A DNA stretch of 64,000 nt from Vicinamibacteria bacterium (GCA_023701125.1 JAMPXO010000009.1:5264-69263); one strand, 5' to 3'. Positions 19,305-29,265 are shown, numbered from the stretch's first letter. Program-made: numbers and translations. The notes: generated by a model from the sequence alone, not told the origin.

Positions 19305-20480
19305 ATGAGCGATGCCTGGTGGTACGCCGAAGGGGAGAACCGCATGGGCCCGGTGCGAACCCGGGACCTCGGCGCCCTGCTCCGGGGCTCGCTGCCCGCG
19401 GGCACGCTCGTCTGGCGCGAGGGCTTCCCCGACTGGAAGCCGGCGGACCAGGTGCCCGAGTTCCGCGCCTGGCTGGCGCCGCCGCTCGCGGCCGCGGCGT
19501 CTCACGCGGCCGGCGAGGAGGCCCCCACCTGGAACCCGATCCGGCTGGTCAGCCGATCCCTGGCCACGGGAGGTCGTTTCGACCGCAACGAGTACCTGCT
19601 CGCGAACCTGACCGCCATGGCGCCCGCGCTGCTGATCGAAGGCCTGGCCTTCTGGAAGACGCTGTCCGGCGAGCCGGCGCTCGTCGCCCATTGGCAGACC
19701 GTCGTCCGGCTGGTCTGGATTCTGACCGCCCCGATCTGGTTCTTCGTCGGGATCGGCAGCATCCTGCGCCGACTGAACGACCTCGGGAAACCGGGTTGGT
19801 GGCTGGTCGGCGCGTTCCTGCCTGGCGTCAACGCGATCGTCGGGTTGTACCTGCTGTTCACCCCGGGTGAGCCCTGGACTCCCGGCAGCGCCCGGTCGCC
19901 TGGAGGGCCCGCGCCACCGGCCGCCGGCCGCTCGGTCGCCTCGACGGTCGTGCTGGTGGGCGGCCTCGGCTGCCTCGGCGTGATGGGCCTCGGCATCGTC
20001 GCCGCGATCGTCGTCCCTTCGCTCGCGCGAGCCCGGCAAGCCGCCAACGAGGCGGGCGCGCTCGGCGACCTGCGCGCCATGGTCGCCGCGCAGAAAGCCT
20101 ACGCGCTCGTCAACGGCAGCTTCTTCGAGGGCGACGGAGCGTGCCTGAGCGCTCCGACCAGGTGCCTGGCGGGCTACAAGGGCGCGCCGCTGCTGGACCC
20201 GGCCGTGGTCGACTCCGCACGTAACGGCTATCGGTGGGAGATCTATCGTGGCCAGGTGTTCGCCCCCGGCACGGCGCCCCTGGGGCGCTCGCCGTCGAGC
20301 ACCAACGCCTTCGCCTTCGTCGGCGTGCCGCTCTCGGACCTCCACGGCCGCCGCCTGTTCTGCGCCGACTCCTGGGGGGCCCTCTGCGCCGCCGACACCG
20401 GACCACCGGCGCAGCTCGTCGAACAACTCCCGAGCACGCCCTGGGTGCGCTGCGCGAGCCGCTGTCAGCCGCTCCCGTAG
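19305..20480 (+). CDS. fusion membrane protein: N-terminal DUF4339 (GYF-like) plus DUF805 membrane core plus pilin-like C-terminal helix domain
   Basis: WWYAEGENRMGPV..TLVWREGFPDW (DUF4339). ILRRLNDLGKPGWW (DUF805). AAIVVPSLARARQAANEAGALGDL pilin-like helix. Confidence 0.6.
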   Translation: MSDAWWYAEGENRMGPVRTRDLGALLRGSLPAGTLVWREGFPDWKPADQVPEFRAWLAPPLAAAASHAAGEEAPTWNPIRLVSRSLATGGRFDRNEYLLANLTAMAPALLIEGLAFWKTLSGEPALVAHWQTVVRLVWILTAPIWFFVGIGSILRRLNDLGKPGWWLVGAFLPGVNAIVGLYLLFTPGEPWTPGSARSPGGPAPPAAGRSVASTVVLVGGLGCLGVMGLGIVAAIVVPSLARARQAANEAGALGDLRAMVAAQKAYALVNGSFFEGDGACLSAPTRCLAGYKGAPLLDPAVVDSARNGYRWEIYRGQVFAPGTAPLGRSPSSTNAFAFVGVPLSDLHGRRLFCADSWGALCAADTGPPAQLVEQLPSTPWVRCASRCQPLP

Positions 20481-20492
20481 CCATCGGAACGC

Positions 20493-21401
20493 CTACCGCG
20501 CGGGCATCGGGCGCTCGGCCGCCGCCGCGGCCAGTTCCGCGAGCAGTCCGGTGCCCGCGGGCACGATCGTGACCCGCAAGTCCGGGCTCTCCAGCAGTTG
20601 CTGGGTCTCCAGCACGTCGAACAACGCGCCGGCGACCTCCGGGTCGCGACTGACCTCGGCCAGTGCCGCGCCGACGATGCGCGGGCGCATCGCGCCGGCC
20701 TTCGCGAACTCGACCGCCGCTTCGCGCTCCGCCGTCGAGCGGATCACGTTGACGCGGTTGGAGCCGTCCTGCTGGATCGCCGCGGTCACCTGGCGCAGCC
20801 TGTTGACGACCTTCTGCTCGATCTGCGAGATCATGCCGTGGTCGCGGAAGTGGACCTTGCGGATGTAGACGCTGCCGAGCTTGTAGCCCCACTCCTGCGA
20901 CTTGGCCGAGACCTCCTCGCGCACCGTGCGGCTCATGGTGTGGCGGTCCTCCAGCATGCGCTCGAGCTGCATGTTGCTCAGGCTGCGCACGGTCGCGTTC
21001 GACACGTTGGCACGCAGCGAGCCGGCGGGGTCCGCGTTCTTGTACAGCAGCGCCTGCGGGTCGGAGACGACCATCTCGTACCAGACGCCGATGCCCATCG
21101 GCGCGCCTTCTTCGGAGTTGACCGGCTGGCTGCGCAGGTAGGCCTGGTCGAGCCGCAGGTCGACCCAGTGCTTGCGGCCGAAGAACGGGATCAGCGCCGC
21201 GAACGGCCCGATCCGCAACCACGGGAAGTACAGACCCGGCTCGGAGATCACGTCGCGTACCGTGCCGAACAGCTCGAACACGATGCACTGGCGTTCGCGG
21301 ACGATCACGTACATGCCGAAGGCGCGGGCCAGGCCGAGCAGGATCGGCACGCCGACGAAGCTGACGAAGAACGTGGCGAGGGCAGCGGTCAGGAAGCTCA
21401 C
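20493..21401 (-). CDS. SPFH/Band-7 (stomatin/prohibitin-like) domain protein
   Basis: GTG start overlaps the upstream SPFH stop. N-terminal TM then a band-7 domain. Confidence 0.7.
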   Translation of the reverse strand: MSFLTAALATFFVSFVGVPILLGLARAFGMYVIVRERQCIVFELFGTVRDVISEPGLYFPWLRIGPFAALIPFFGRKHWVDLRLDQAYLRSQPVNSEEGAPMGIGVWYEMVVSDPQALLYKNADPAGSLRANVSNATVRSLSNMQLERMLEDRHTMSRTVREEVSAKSQEWGYKLGSVYIRKVHFRDHGMISQIEQKVVNRLRQVTAAIQQDGSNRVNVIRSTAEREAAVEFAKAGAMRPRIVGAALAEVSRDPEVAGALFDVLETQQLLESPDLRVTIVPAGTGLLAELAAAAAERPMPAR

Positions 21402-22399
21402 GAGCGCACCCCCTCCGCCTGCACGGCGATCAGCGAGCGGCTGCGCGACAGCAGCTTCAACCGCGTGTTCCGCACGTAGGCCTGAAGCGCCCCGGCGCCC
21501 TGGGCCTTCAGCTCGCCGAGCTGCGCCGCCAGCGCCAGCAGCGGTTCGACCTCGGCCTGGGCGTTCAGGGTCTCGATCTCGACCGCCCGCTTCGACTGCA
21601 CGATCTTCTGGTCGGCCGCGGCCTGGGCCAGCGAGATCTCCGACGAGACCTGGTTGTGGGCGGTGTTGATCGCCGCCAGCGCCGAGTCGATCTCCGCAGG
21701 CGGGTCGATGCCCGTGATCAGCGCCGCGTCCAGGATGATGCCGTAGCGCGCCGCGGCCGAGGCGCACTCGTCGTCCATCCGCTCGTTGAGGTTGCGCAGG
21801 TTCTTGCGCAGGTCGTTGATCGAGATGCCCTGGGCGACGCCGAGGTCGGAGCCGCCGGCGGCTTCGATCGCGGCGGTGCGGTCCGGTGCCTCGAAGTTGG
21901 CAATGCGGTCGCGCAGGATCGAGACGAAGTAGCCCATCACGTGCGAGACCGGGTTCTTGACGCCGAACAGGTAGGCGTACAGGTTGCGCTCCGAGACGGT
22001 GTAGCGCAGCTGACCGGTGAGGCCGGTGTTGAGCTGGTCCTTGGTCACGGCCTCGAGCACCTGGCCGTGCTGGTTGGCGTCGGGCTGGTCGGGGTCGTGG
22101 GCGATCGACACCGTCACCGTCGCCACCGAGACCTTGTACACGTCCTGCCACGGGAACTTCCAGGAGAAGCCCGGCCCGATCACCCGCACCTGGGGGTACG
22201 CGTAACGCTCGACTTCTTCGGGGCGCAGGCCGTGGGCCACCGGGTCCTCGAGCGTCGTGTGATCGCCCAGCCGCTGGGCGCGGCCGAACGTCGTGATCAC
22301 CGCCCGCTCGTTGGGGCCGATCGTGTAGAAGCCACCCAGCCCGTACCGGACGAAGAACCAGGCCAGGAACCCGAACGCCACGCCCAACAAAGTCGCCAT
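21398..22399 (-). CDS. SPFH/Band-7 domain protein (HflK/C-like paralog)
   Basis: N-terminal TM, then NERAVITTFGR..., C-terminal coiled-coil. Confidence 0.75.
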   Translation of the reverse strand: MATLLGVAFGFLAWFFVRYGLGGFYTIGPNERAVITTFGRAQRLGDHTTLEDPVAHGLRPEEVERYAYPQVRVIGPGFSWKFPWQDVYKVSVATVTVSIAHDPDQPDANQHGQVLEAVTKDQLNTGLTGQLRYTVSERNLYAYLFGVKNPVSHVMGYFVSILRDRIANFEAPDRTAAIEAAGGSDLGVAQGISINDLRKNLRNLNERMDDECASAAARYGIILDAALITGIDPPAEIDSALAAINTAHNQVSSEISLAQAAADQKIVQSKRAVEIETLNAQAEVEPLLALAAQLGELKAQGAGALQAYVRNTRLKLLSRSRSLIAVQAEGVRS

Positions 22400-22459
22400 G
22401 GGGGGAAACCTCCGTGCCGGGAAGGTAGCAGACCCCGCGCGGCGCGGGTGTGACGGCCG

Positions 22460-23290
22460 CTACCCCAGCGCGGTGTCGAGCACCATCATCAGGGCGAAGC
22501 CGATCATCAGGCCCAGCGTGGCCGCGGTCTGGTGGCCGTTGCGGTGGGTCTCCGGGATCACCTCGTGGGAGACGACGAAGATCATCGCGCCGGCAGACAG
22601 GCCGAGGCCGATTGGATAAGCGAGGGCGAGACCGCTCGACAGCGACACGCCCAGCAGCGCGCCGGCGGGCTCCAGCAGGCCGGTGCCAGCCGCGACCGCC
22701 ACCGACAGCAGCGGGCGGAAGCCCGCGCTGCGCAGGGCCAGCGCGACGGCCAGCCCTTCCGGCACGTCCTGCAAGGCGATGGCGGTGGTCAGCGGCAGGC
22801 CCACGGCGAGGTCGGCCTGGGCGAAGCTGACGCCGATCGCCATGCCCTCGGGCAGGTTGTGCAGGGCGATCGCGAACACGAACAGCCACAGCCGGCCGCA
22901 GTGCTCGTGGCCCGGCCCGCAGGGGCCGGCGCTCTCGTGCTCGTGCGGCGTGAAGCGGTCGAGGCCGAGCATCAGCAGCACCCCGAGCGTCATCCCCAGC
23001 ACCACCACCGCGGAGCCGCGCGGGGCGGACCCCGTCAGGGCGGTGGCGGCCTCCAGGCCCGGCAGCAGCAGCGAGAACGCGCTGGCCGCCAGCATCATCC
23101 CCGCCGCCCAGCCCAGCAGCATGTCTTCGATCCGCTGCGGCAACCCGCGCAGGACCAGCGCCGGAGCGGCGCCCAGCGCGGTCGCCCCGAACGCCACGAA
23201 CCCGCCCATCAGCGCCAGCCGCACGGCCGCCGCGTTGGATGCGACGACGTGGGCGAGGCCCTGAACGAGCAGGCCGAGCACCACCAGCAA
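22460..23290 (-). CDS. ZIP-family divalent metal transporter (ZupT-like)
   Basis: HNLPEG and HEVIPE signature motifs, His-rich loop HEHESAGPCGPGHEHCG. The track ORF runs upstream into a repeat copy (ATGs at 23395/23404 are repeat-encoded). Start provisionally placed at TTG 23290 (or GTG 23284) downstream of the repeat. Confidence 0.65.
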   Translation of the reverse strand: MLVVLGLLVQGLAHVVASNAAAVRLALMGGFVAFGATALGAAPALVLRGLPQRIEDMLLGWAAGMMLAASAFSLLLPGLEAATALTGSAPRGSAVVVLGMTLGVLLMLGLDRFTPHEHESAGPCGPGHEHCGRLWLFVFAIALHNLPEGMAIGVSFAQADLAVGLPLTTAIALQDVPEGLAVALALRSAGFRPLLSVAVAAGTGLLEPAGALLGVSLSSGLALAYPIGLGLSAGAMIFVVSHEVIPETHRNGHQTAATLGLMIGFALMMVLDTALG

Positions 23291-23366
23291 CGCGACCCCG
23301 GAGGCCGCCGCCGCCCACGCGTTGCGGCGGGCGTGGTCGCGCAGCAGCGCCCCCCAGCCCACCGTC

Positions 23367-23447
23367 GGGTTCCGATGTCGGGCAGAGCCCGCCATCGGTC
23401 CCATGGGGGCTACGTCGCGAACGGAGCTCCTCCGCCCCCAAGCCCCG
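23367..23447. repeat. single 81-bp copy of the dispersed REP-like element (reverse orientation)
   Basis: GGGTTCCGATGTCGGGCAGAGCCCGCCATCGGTCCCATGGGGGCTACGTCGCGAACGGAGCTCCTCCGCCCCCAAGCCCCG is near-identical to the 31.4 kb and 56.5 kb copies. Confidence 0.85.
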
Positions 23448-23481
23448 TCGTGCTCGCCGTGCCGGTCGCCATGCTGCCGGG

Positions 23482-24390
23482 CTACCGCTTCTTCTTCGCG
23501 GCCTTGCCGCCGCCCTCGGCCTCGAGCAACGCGCGGGCCTCGGCGAAACCACGCCGCTGCTCTTCGCCCACCCTGGGGAAGTGCAGGTCGAGGCCCTCGA
23601 GTGTGTCGACGACAGCACGCGCGACCGCCAGCCGCGTGAACCACTTGTTGTCCGCGGGGATCACGTACCAGGGCGCGTCCTTCGTCGCAGTGCGGCGGAT
23701 GGCGTCCTCGTAGGCCGCCTGGTACTCGTCCCAGTGGCCGCGCTCGCGCACGTCGCCCGCCGAAAACTTCCAGTTCTTCTCCGGCTCGTCGAGCCGGGAC
23801 AGGAAGCGCCGCTTCTGCTCCGCCTTCGACACGTGCAGGAAGAACTTGACGATCTTCACGCCGTTGCGGGACAGGTAGCGCTCGTGGGCGGCGATGTCCT
23901 CGCAGCGCTGTTCCCAGATGCGCTTCGTCACCAGCTCCTCCGGCAGGTGCTGGCCCTTCAGGTACTCGGGGTGGACGCGGACGACCAGTACCTCCTCGTA
24001 GTACGAGCGGTTGAAGATGCCGATCCGCCCGCGCTCCGGCAGGCAGCGCGCGGTGCGCCACAGGAAGTCGTGGTCGAGCTCCTCGGGCGAGGGCGACTTG
24101 AACGAGAAGACCTGCACGCCCTGCGGGTTGACGCCGGACATCACGTGCTCAACCGCGCCGTCCTTGCCCGCCGCGTCCATCGCCTGGAACACGAGCAGCA
24201 CGGCCCAGCGGTCCTGGGCGTAGAGCTTCTCCTGCAGCGCAGCCAGTTGCTCGACACCCGCGGCCAACGACTCCCTGGCCTTGTCCTTGCTCTTGAGCCC
24301 GCCGGTGTCGCCGGGGTCGATGTCACGCAGCCGGAAGCGGCGACCGTCGGTGATGCGGTACGGGGCGGCGAAGTCCTTGTCCTGCGGCAT
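23482..24390 (-). CDS. polyphosphate kinase 2 (PPK2) family phosphotransferase
   Basis: Walker-A-like FQAMDAAGKDG, lid region. Start re-set to MPQDKDF, preceded by GGAGGGAG. Confidence 0.85.
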   Translation of the reverse strand: MPQDKDFAAPYRITDGRRFRLRDIDPGDTGGLKSKDKARESLAAGVEQLAALQEKLYAQDRWAVLLVFQAMDAAGKDGAVEHVMSGVNPQGVQVFSFKSPSPEELDHDFLWRTARCLPERGRIGIFNRSYYEEVLVVRVHPEYLKGQHLPEELVTKRIWEQRCEDIAAHERYLSRNGVKIVKFFLHVSKAEQKRRFLSRLDEPEKNWKFSAGDVRERGHWDEYQAAYEDAIRRTATKDAPWYVIPADNKWFTRLAVARAVVDTLEGLDLHFPRVGEEQRRGFAEARALLEAEGGGKAAKKKR

Positions 24391-24491
24391 CGGTCTCCCT
24401 CCGGGATCGGCGGCGCGGCAAGCATCCCATGGGTTGTATGCTGATCGCCTGCCGTTTCGCCCTCGCTCGCGGGCGACTCCAGCAAGAGGCC

Positions 24492-25814
24492 ATGCTCTCC
24501 ACCCGGGACGCGGAACTCGCACATGCGTTCGTCGAGGCGTCGTCGGACGCCCTGATCGTCGCCGACGATCGCGGGCGGATCCTGTTCGCGAACGCGTCCG
24601 CCGAGGCCCTGCTGGGCCACGAGCCCGGGTCGCTGCGCAGCCACGAGGTCGACGAGCTGGTGCCCGCGCGCTTCCACCAGCATCGGCAGCAGCGCGAGGA
24701 GTTCGCTGCCGATCCCCACCCGCGCCCGATGGGCCGCGGCCTGGAGCTGTTCGCGCGCCACGCCGCCGGCCACGAGATCCCGGTGGACATCGCGCTGACG
24801 CCGATCGTGGTGGGCGGGCGGCGGCTGATCGGCTGCGCGCTGCGCGACCTGCGCGGCCGCAGCCAGGGGCCTGATGCCCTGCGCATCCAGGCCACCGCCC
24901 TGCGCTCCGCCGCCAACGGCATCGTGATCACCGACAAGCAGGGCTACATCACGTGGGTCAATCCCGCCGCCTGCACGATCACCGGCTACCGCGCGTTCGA
25001 GCTGATCGGCCAGCACACCCGCATCCTCAAGTCCGGGCACCACGACCCCGCCTTCTACAAGGCGATCTGGGAGACGATCACGCGCGGCGAGACGTGGTCG
25101 GGGACGATCGTCAACCGCCGCAAGGACGGCACCCTGTGCGACGAACAGCAGACGATCGCGCCCGTCTCCGACGACCAGGGCTGGGTCACCCACTTCATCG
25201 CCATCAAGCAGGACGTGACCGAGCAGCGGCGGACCCAGTCCGCGCTGGCCGCGGCCCACGCGGAGTTGGCCGCGCGGCTGGTGGAGATCGAGAGCCTCAA
25301 CTCCATGCTGCGCGAGCAGGCGGTCCGTGACCCGCTGACCGGCCTGCACAACCGCCGCTTCCTGCACGAGTCGATCGAGCGCGAGATCGCCCGCGCGGCG
25401 CGCAGCGGCCAGCCGATGGCGGTCGTCGCCCTGGACCTCGATCACTTCAAGGCGGTCAACGACGTCCACGGCCACGCCGCCGGGGACGCCGTGCTGCGAC
25501 ACGTCGGCCTGCTGCTGCGCAGCCACGTGCGGGCCTCGGATCTGGCCTGCCGCACCGGCGGCGAGGAGTTCGCGGTCGTGTTGCCGGGCAGCCCGCTGCC
25601 GATCGCGCTCGACCGCGCGGAGGCCTGGCGCACCGCGCTGGCGGCGGCCCCGGTCGAGACCGCCGGCACCGCCGTCGCCTGCACGATGTCCGTCGGCGTC
25701 GCCCTGCTGCACGCCGAGGGCGAGACCTTCGAGCAGTGCTGGGCGCGCGCGGACGGCGCGCTCTACCGCGCGAAGCAGCAGGGCCGCAACCGCGTGGTCT
25801 GCGCGGAGGACTGA
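24492..25814 (+). CDS. PAS-PAS-GGDEF diguanylate cyclase
   Basis: Two PAS-like blocks and RTGGEEF with DLDHFKAVND. Confidence 0.8.
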   Translation: MLSTRDAELAHAFVEASSDALIVADDRGRILFANASAEALLGHEPGSLRSHEVDELVPARFHQHRQQREEFAADPHPRPMGRGLELFARHAAGHEIPVDIALTPIVVGGRRLIGCALRDLRGRSQGPDALRIQATALRSAANGIVITDKQGYITWVNPAACTITGYRAFELIGQHTRILKSGHHDPAFYKAIWETITRGETWSGTIVNRRKDGTLCDEQQTIAPVSDDQGWVTHFIAIKQDVTEQRRTQSALAAAHAELAARLVEIESLNSMLREQAVRDPLTGLHNRRFLHESIEREIARAARSGQPMAVVALDLDHFKAVNDVHGHAAGDAVLRHVGLLLRSHVRASDLACRTGGEEFAVVLPGSPLPIALDRAEAWRTALAAAPVETAGTAVACTMSVGVALLHAEGETFEQCWARADGALYRAKQQGRNRVVCAED

Positions 25815-25878
25815 GGCCGCCTCTGGCCCGCGGCCATCCAGTTGTACGCACCAGAACGCGGCGCTAGGCTCGGCCCGC

Positions 25879-26316
25879 ATGAAGGTCACCCGCGCTTCGT
25901 CCGGTTCCACGTGGGAACGCACGTTCGGCTACGCGCGCGCGGCGCGGGCGGGCGACACGATCGTCGTGTCCGGCACCGTCGGCGCCGACGCCCTCGGCCG
26001 GCCGGCGACGCCCGACGCCCACGGCCAGACGCGGGCGGCGCTGGCGATCGTCGACGAGGCGCTGCGCAAGCTGGGCGGCTCGCTCGACGGCGTGCTGCGG
26101 CTGCGCGTCCATTTCGTCGACCCCGAGGTCGGGCCCGGCGTGATGGCGGCGCTGCACGAGGCCTTCGGCGAATCGCTTCCCGCGCTGACGACGCTCCGGG
26201 TCGCAGGGCTGGCCGATCCCGGGTTCCTGGTGGAGCTGGAAGTCGACGCGGTCGCGCTCGACGACGACCCGCGGACGACGCGCCTTCGCCCGGCGTGGGA
26301 CGAAGAAGCGGACTAG
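25879..26316 (+). CDS. RidA/YjgF-family protein
   Basis: 145 aa. TIVVSGTVG..., size and fold consistent with the Rid family. Confidence 0.65.
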   Translation: MKVTRASSGSTWERTFGYARAARAGDTIVVSGTVGADALGRPATPDAHGQTRAALAIVDEALRKLGGSLDGVLRLRVHFVDPEVGPGVMAALHEAFGESLPALTTLRVAGLADPGFLVELEVDAVALDDDPRTTRLRPAWDEEAD

Positions 26317-26331
26317 CAAGGAAGGCACAGC

Positions 26332-27405
26332 ATGGGACTGCACCTCGTCACCGGCTTTCCGGGATTCCTCGGCGCGCGCCTGCTGCCCCGGCTGCTGGAG
26401 CTGGCCCCGGAAGACCGCGTCGTCTGCCTCGTCCAGCCCAAGTTCGCGGACTTCGCGAAGGCCGAGGTCGCGCGGCTGGAGGCCGCCCACCCGCACGTGC
26501 GCGGGCGCATGGAGCTGACGGAGGGCGACATCGTCGCGGCGGACCTCGGCCTGCGCGATGCCACCCTGAAGGACCGCGTCACCAGCGCCTTCCACCTCGC
26601 CGCCGTCTACGATCTCGCAGTGGGCCGCGACTTCGCCATCAAGGTCAACGTCGAGGGCACCCGCAACGTGTTGCGCTTCCTCGCCAGCTGTCGGCAGCTC
26701 GAGCGCCACCACTACATCTCGACCTGCTACGTCTCCGGCGACCACAAGGGCGTGTTCAGGGAGACGGACCTCGAGCTGGGCCAGGGCTTCAAGAACTTCT
26801 ACGAGGAGACCAAGTACCTGGCCGAGGTCGAGGTCGCACGCTCCGGCCTGCCGACGACCGTCTACCGGCCCGGGATCGTCGTCGGCGACTCGCGCACCGG
26901 CGAGACCGCCAAGTTCGACGGCCCGTACTTCGTGATGACCGCGATGGAGCGGCTGCCCTCGCCCGGCGTGTTCCTGCGCGTGGGCAGCGGCCGCTCGCCG
27001 GCGGGCATCGTGCCGGTCGACTACGTGATCGAGGGCATCGCCCGCCTCGCCACCTCGTCCGTCAGCCTGGGCAAGACCTACCAGCTCACCGACCCCGAGC
27101 CGCTCACGGCCTTCGAGTTGTCGAAGGTGGTCGCTGCGGCGCTGGGCCGCTCGTTCGTCTACCTGCCGGTACCCGCGGGCTTCGCGCGCGCGCTGTTCCA
27201 GCCGAAGTTCGTGCAGCGGCTGCTGGGCCTGCCGCTGCAGTCGCTCGACTACTTCGACCACGACTGCGCGTACGACACGACCCGGGCCGTCGCCGACCTC
27301 GGCGCGATGGGCGTGCGCTGCCCGCGCTTCGCCGACTACGTCGGGACGCTGGTCGCCTTCTACCGGAAGGAGCGCGACCGGGTGCGCCGCACCGCGATGG
27401 TGTAG
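26332..27405 (+). CDS. NAD(P)-binding SDR-family oxidoreductase (thioester-reductase / male-sterility-like domain)
   Basis: TGFPGFLG Rossmann motif, YxxxK-like region. Confidence 0.7.
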   Translation: MGLHLVTGFPGFLGARLLPRLLELAPEDRVVCLVQPKFADFAKAEVARLEAAHPHVRGRMELTEGDIVAADLGLRDATLKDRVTSAFHLAAVYDLAVGRDFAIKVNVEGTRNVLRFLASCRQLERHHYISTCYVSGDHKGVFRETDLELGQGFKNFYEETKYLAEVEVARSGLPTTVYRPGIVVGDSRTGETAKFDGPYFVMTAMERLPSPGVFLRVGSGRSPAGIVPVDYVIEGIARLATSSVSLGKTYQLTDPEPLTAFELSKVVAAALGRSFVYLPVPAGFARALFQPKFVQRLLGLPLQSLDYFDHDCAYDTTRAVADLGAMGVRCPRFADYVGTLVAFYRKERDRVRRTAMV

Positions 27406-29265
27406 GTGCCGGCCCTCGCCTGGTCGACCTGGGCGGCCTGCGCCGCCGCGGGCCTGCTGCTGACGCTCGCCTGGGACCGCACCCCCGGCCGCCTCGCCGA
27501 GCGCGCGGCCGCCGGGGTGGCCATCGGGGTGACCCTGCTCGGCCTCGGCTCCGCCGCGCTGGCCCCGTTGCTCGGCTTCGCCGCCGCTTCAGCGAGCACG
27601 CTCACGCTGCTGCTGCTCGCCGCGATGACTGTGGCGGCGCGGGCGGGCCTCGTCGCCCTGAAGCCGCGGCGCTCGGCTTCCGCCGCGCTCGCCCTCGGCC
27701 TCGTCGGCGCCGTCGCCATCGCGGTCCCGCTCTCGCGCGCCGTGTGGGTCGAGCCCGCGGGGCTGTACACGGGCGGCGACCACAACCTGGGCGACCTGCC
27801 GTTCCACCTCGGCATCGTCCACGCCTTCCTGCACGGCGACGGCAGCCGCCCCGAACACCCCGAGCTGTCCGGCGTCGCCCTCACCTACTCGTGGGCGATC
27901 GATGCGGCGGCCGCGGCGGCTGCGGCGCTCGGGGCCGAGCCCGCGAGCGCCCTGAACAGCCAGGGCATCGCGCTCGGCATCGCACTGGTCGGGCTGCTGT
28001 GGGCATGGGGTCATGCGCTCACGGGCTCGCGCGCGGCGGCGTGCCTGGTGCCGGCACTGGTGCTGCTCAACGGCGGCCTCGGCGTGTTCCGGCTGGCGGC
28101 CGAGGCGGGCGGCGTGGAGGCGGCGTGGGCCGCGCTCGTCCGCGCGTCGCACGACGTCACCATCCACGACCCGTGGGGCCTGCGCTGGGGCAACGCGTTG
28201 GCGGTGCTGCTGATCCCGCAGCGCGCGTTCCTGCTCGGCCTGCCGCTCGGGCTCTACGCCTCGCTGCTGGCGTGGCGCGCCCTCGAAGCCGAACCCGGTT
28301 CGGCCGAGGAGCGGAGGACGATGCTCGGCGCGGGCGCCGTGCTGGGCCTGATGCCGCTCGCCCACGCCCACAGCTTCGCCGCGACGGGCCTGCTGCTGGC
28401 GGTCGCCGCCCTGCTCTTCCGCCGCCTCTCGTTCTGGCGGCTGTTCGCGCTGGCGGCGGCACTCGCCCTGCCACAGGCGCTCGCGCTGGCCGCGGGCAGC
28501 GGCACCGGGCTCGGACGCTTCGTCGCCTTCCACGTCGGCTGGGACCGCGGCGAGCGCGGCGTGCTGGCATTCTGGCTGCAGAACGCGGCGCCCTACCTGC
28601 CGCTGGCGCTGCTCGCCTTCGCCCTGCTGTGGCGCGAACGCGTGACCCGCTTCCTGGCCGCGTCGGCGCTGCTGTTCGTCGTCCCCAACCTGCTGCGGCT
28701 GTCGCCGTGGATCTGGGACAACGTCAAGCTGCTGTACTGGGCCCACGTCGCCGCCGCCCCGCTGGTCGCGCTGCTGCTGGTCCGTCTCGCGCGCCGCGGA
28801 CGGACGAGCGCCGTGGGTGCCGCGCTGCTGCTGCTGGCCAGCGTCGCCTCGGGTGCCAGCGACGGGTGGCGACTCGCCCGCGGCGGCCGCGCCCACCGCG
28901 TGTTCGACGCCGACGCGCTCGCCTTCGGCGCGGAAGTCGCGCGCGTCACGCGGCCCGGCGAGCGCCTGCTGACGGCGCCGACGTACGACCACCCCGCGCT
29001 GCTGTCCGGGCGCGCACAGTACCTCGGCTACGAGGGCCACATCTGGTCGCAGGGCCTCGACGCGAGCGGACGCCGCGAGCGGGTCGCGGCCGCCTACGCG
29101 GGAGACCCCGCCGCGTGGCGCGAGTTGCGGGCCGCGGGCCTGACGGCGGCGGTCGTCGGCCCCCACGAGCGGGCGGCCTTCGCCGGGGCGGAGGCCGCCT
29201 TCGGCGGCCGGCGCTTGCTCGCGCGGCGCGGACCGTGGAGCCTGTACGCTCTGGAACTCGAATGA
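27406..29265 (+). CDS. polytopic integral membrane protein, possible GT-C-like glycosyltransferase
   Basis: More than 10 predicted TM segments, with conserved-looking loop GDHNLGDLPFHLGIVHAFLHGDG. GTG start right after the SDR stop. Confidence 0.5.
   Translation: MPALAWSTWAACAAAGLLLTLAWDRTPGRLAERAAAGVAIGVTLLGLGSAALAPLLGFAAASASTLTLLLLAAMTVAARAGLVALKPRRSASAALALGLVGAVAIAVPLSRAVWVEPAGLYTGGDHNLGDLPFHLGIVHAFLHGDGSRPEHPELSGVALTYSWAIDAAAAAAAALGAEPASALNSQGIALGIALVGLLWAWGHALTGSRAAACLVPALVLLNGGLGVFRLAAEAGGVEAAWAALVRASHDVTIHDPWGLRWGNALAVLLIPQRAFLLGLPLGLYASLLAWRALEAEPGSAEERRTMLGAGAVLGLMPLAHAHSFAATGLLLAVAALLFRRLSFWRLFALAAALALPQALALAAGSGTGLGRFVAFHVGWDRGERGVLAFWLQNAAPYLPLALLAFALLWRERVTRFLAASALLFVVPNLLRLSPWIWDNVKLLYWAHVAAAPLVALLLVRLARRGRTSAVGAALLLLASVASGASDGWRLARGGRAHRVFDADALAFGAEVARVTRPGERLLTAPTYDHPALLSGRAQYLGYEGHIWSQGLDASGRRERVAAAYAGDPAAWRELRAAGLTAAVVGPHERAAFAGAEAAFGGRRLLARRGPWSLYALELE

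Noticed and set aside
17516-19405. 629-aa ORF as a single pxp fusion protein
   Set aside because: pxpB is in a different frame. The real pxpC starts at GTG 18520, and the N-terminal two thirds of the long ORF are shadow sequence.
20493-23618. 1041-aa - ORF
   Set aside because: Only the 3' 909 bp is a real SPFH gene. The rest is antisense or alternate frame to the second SPFH gene and the ZIP gene.
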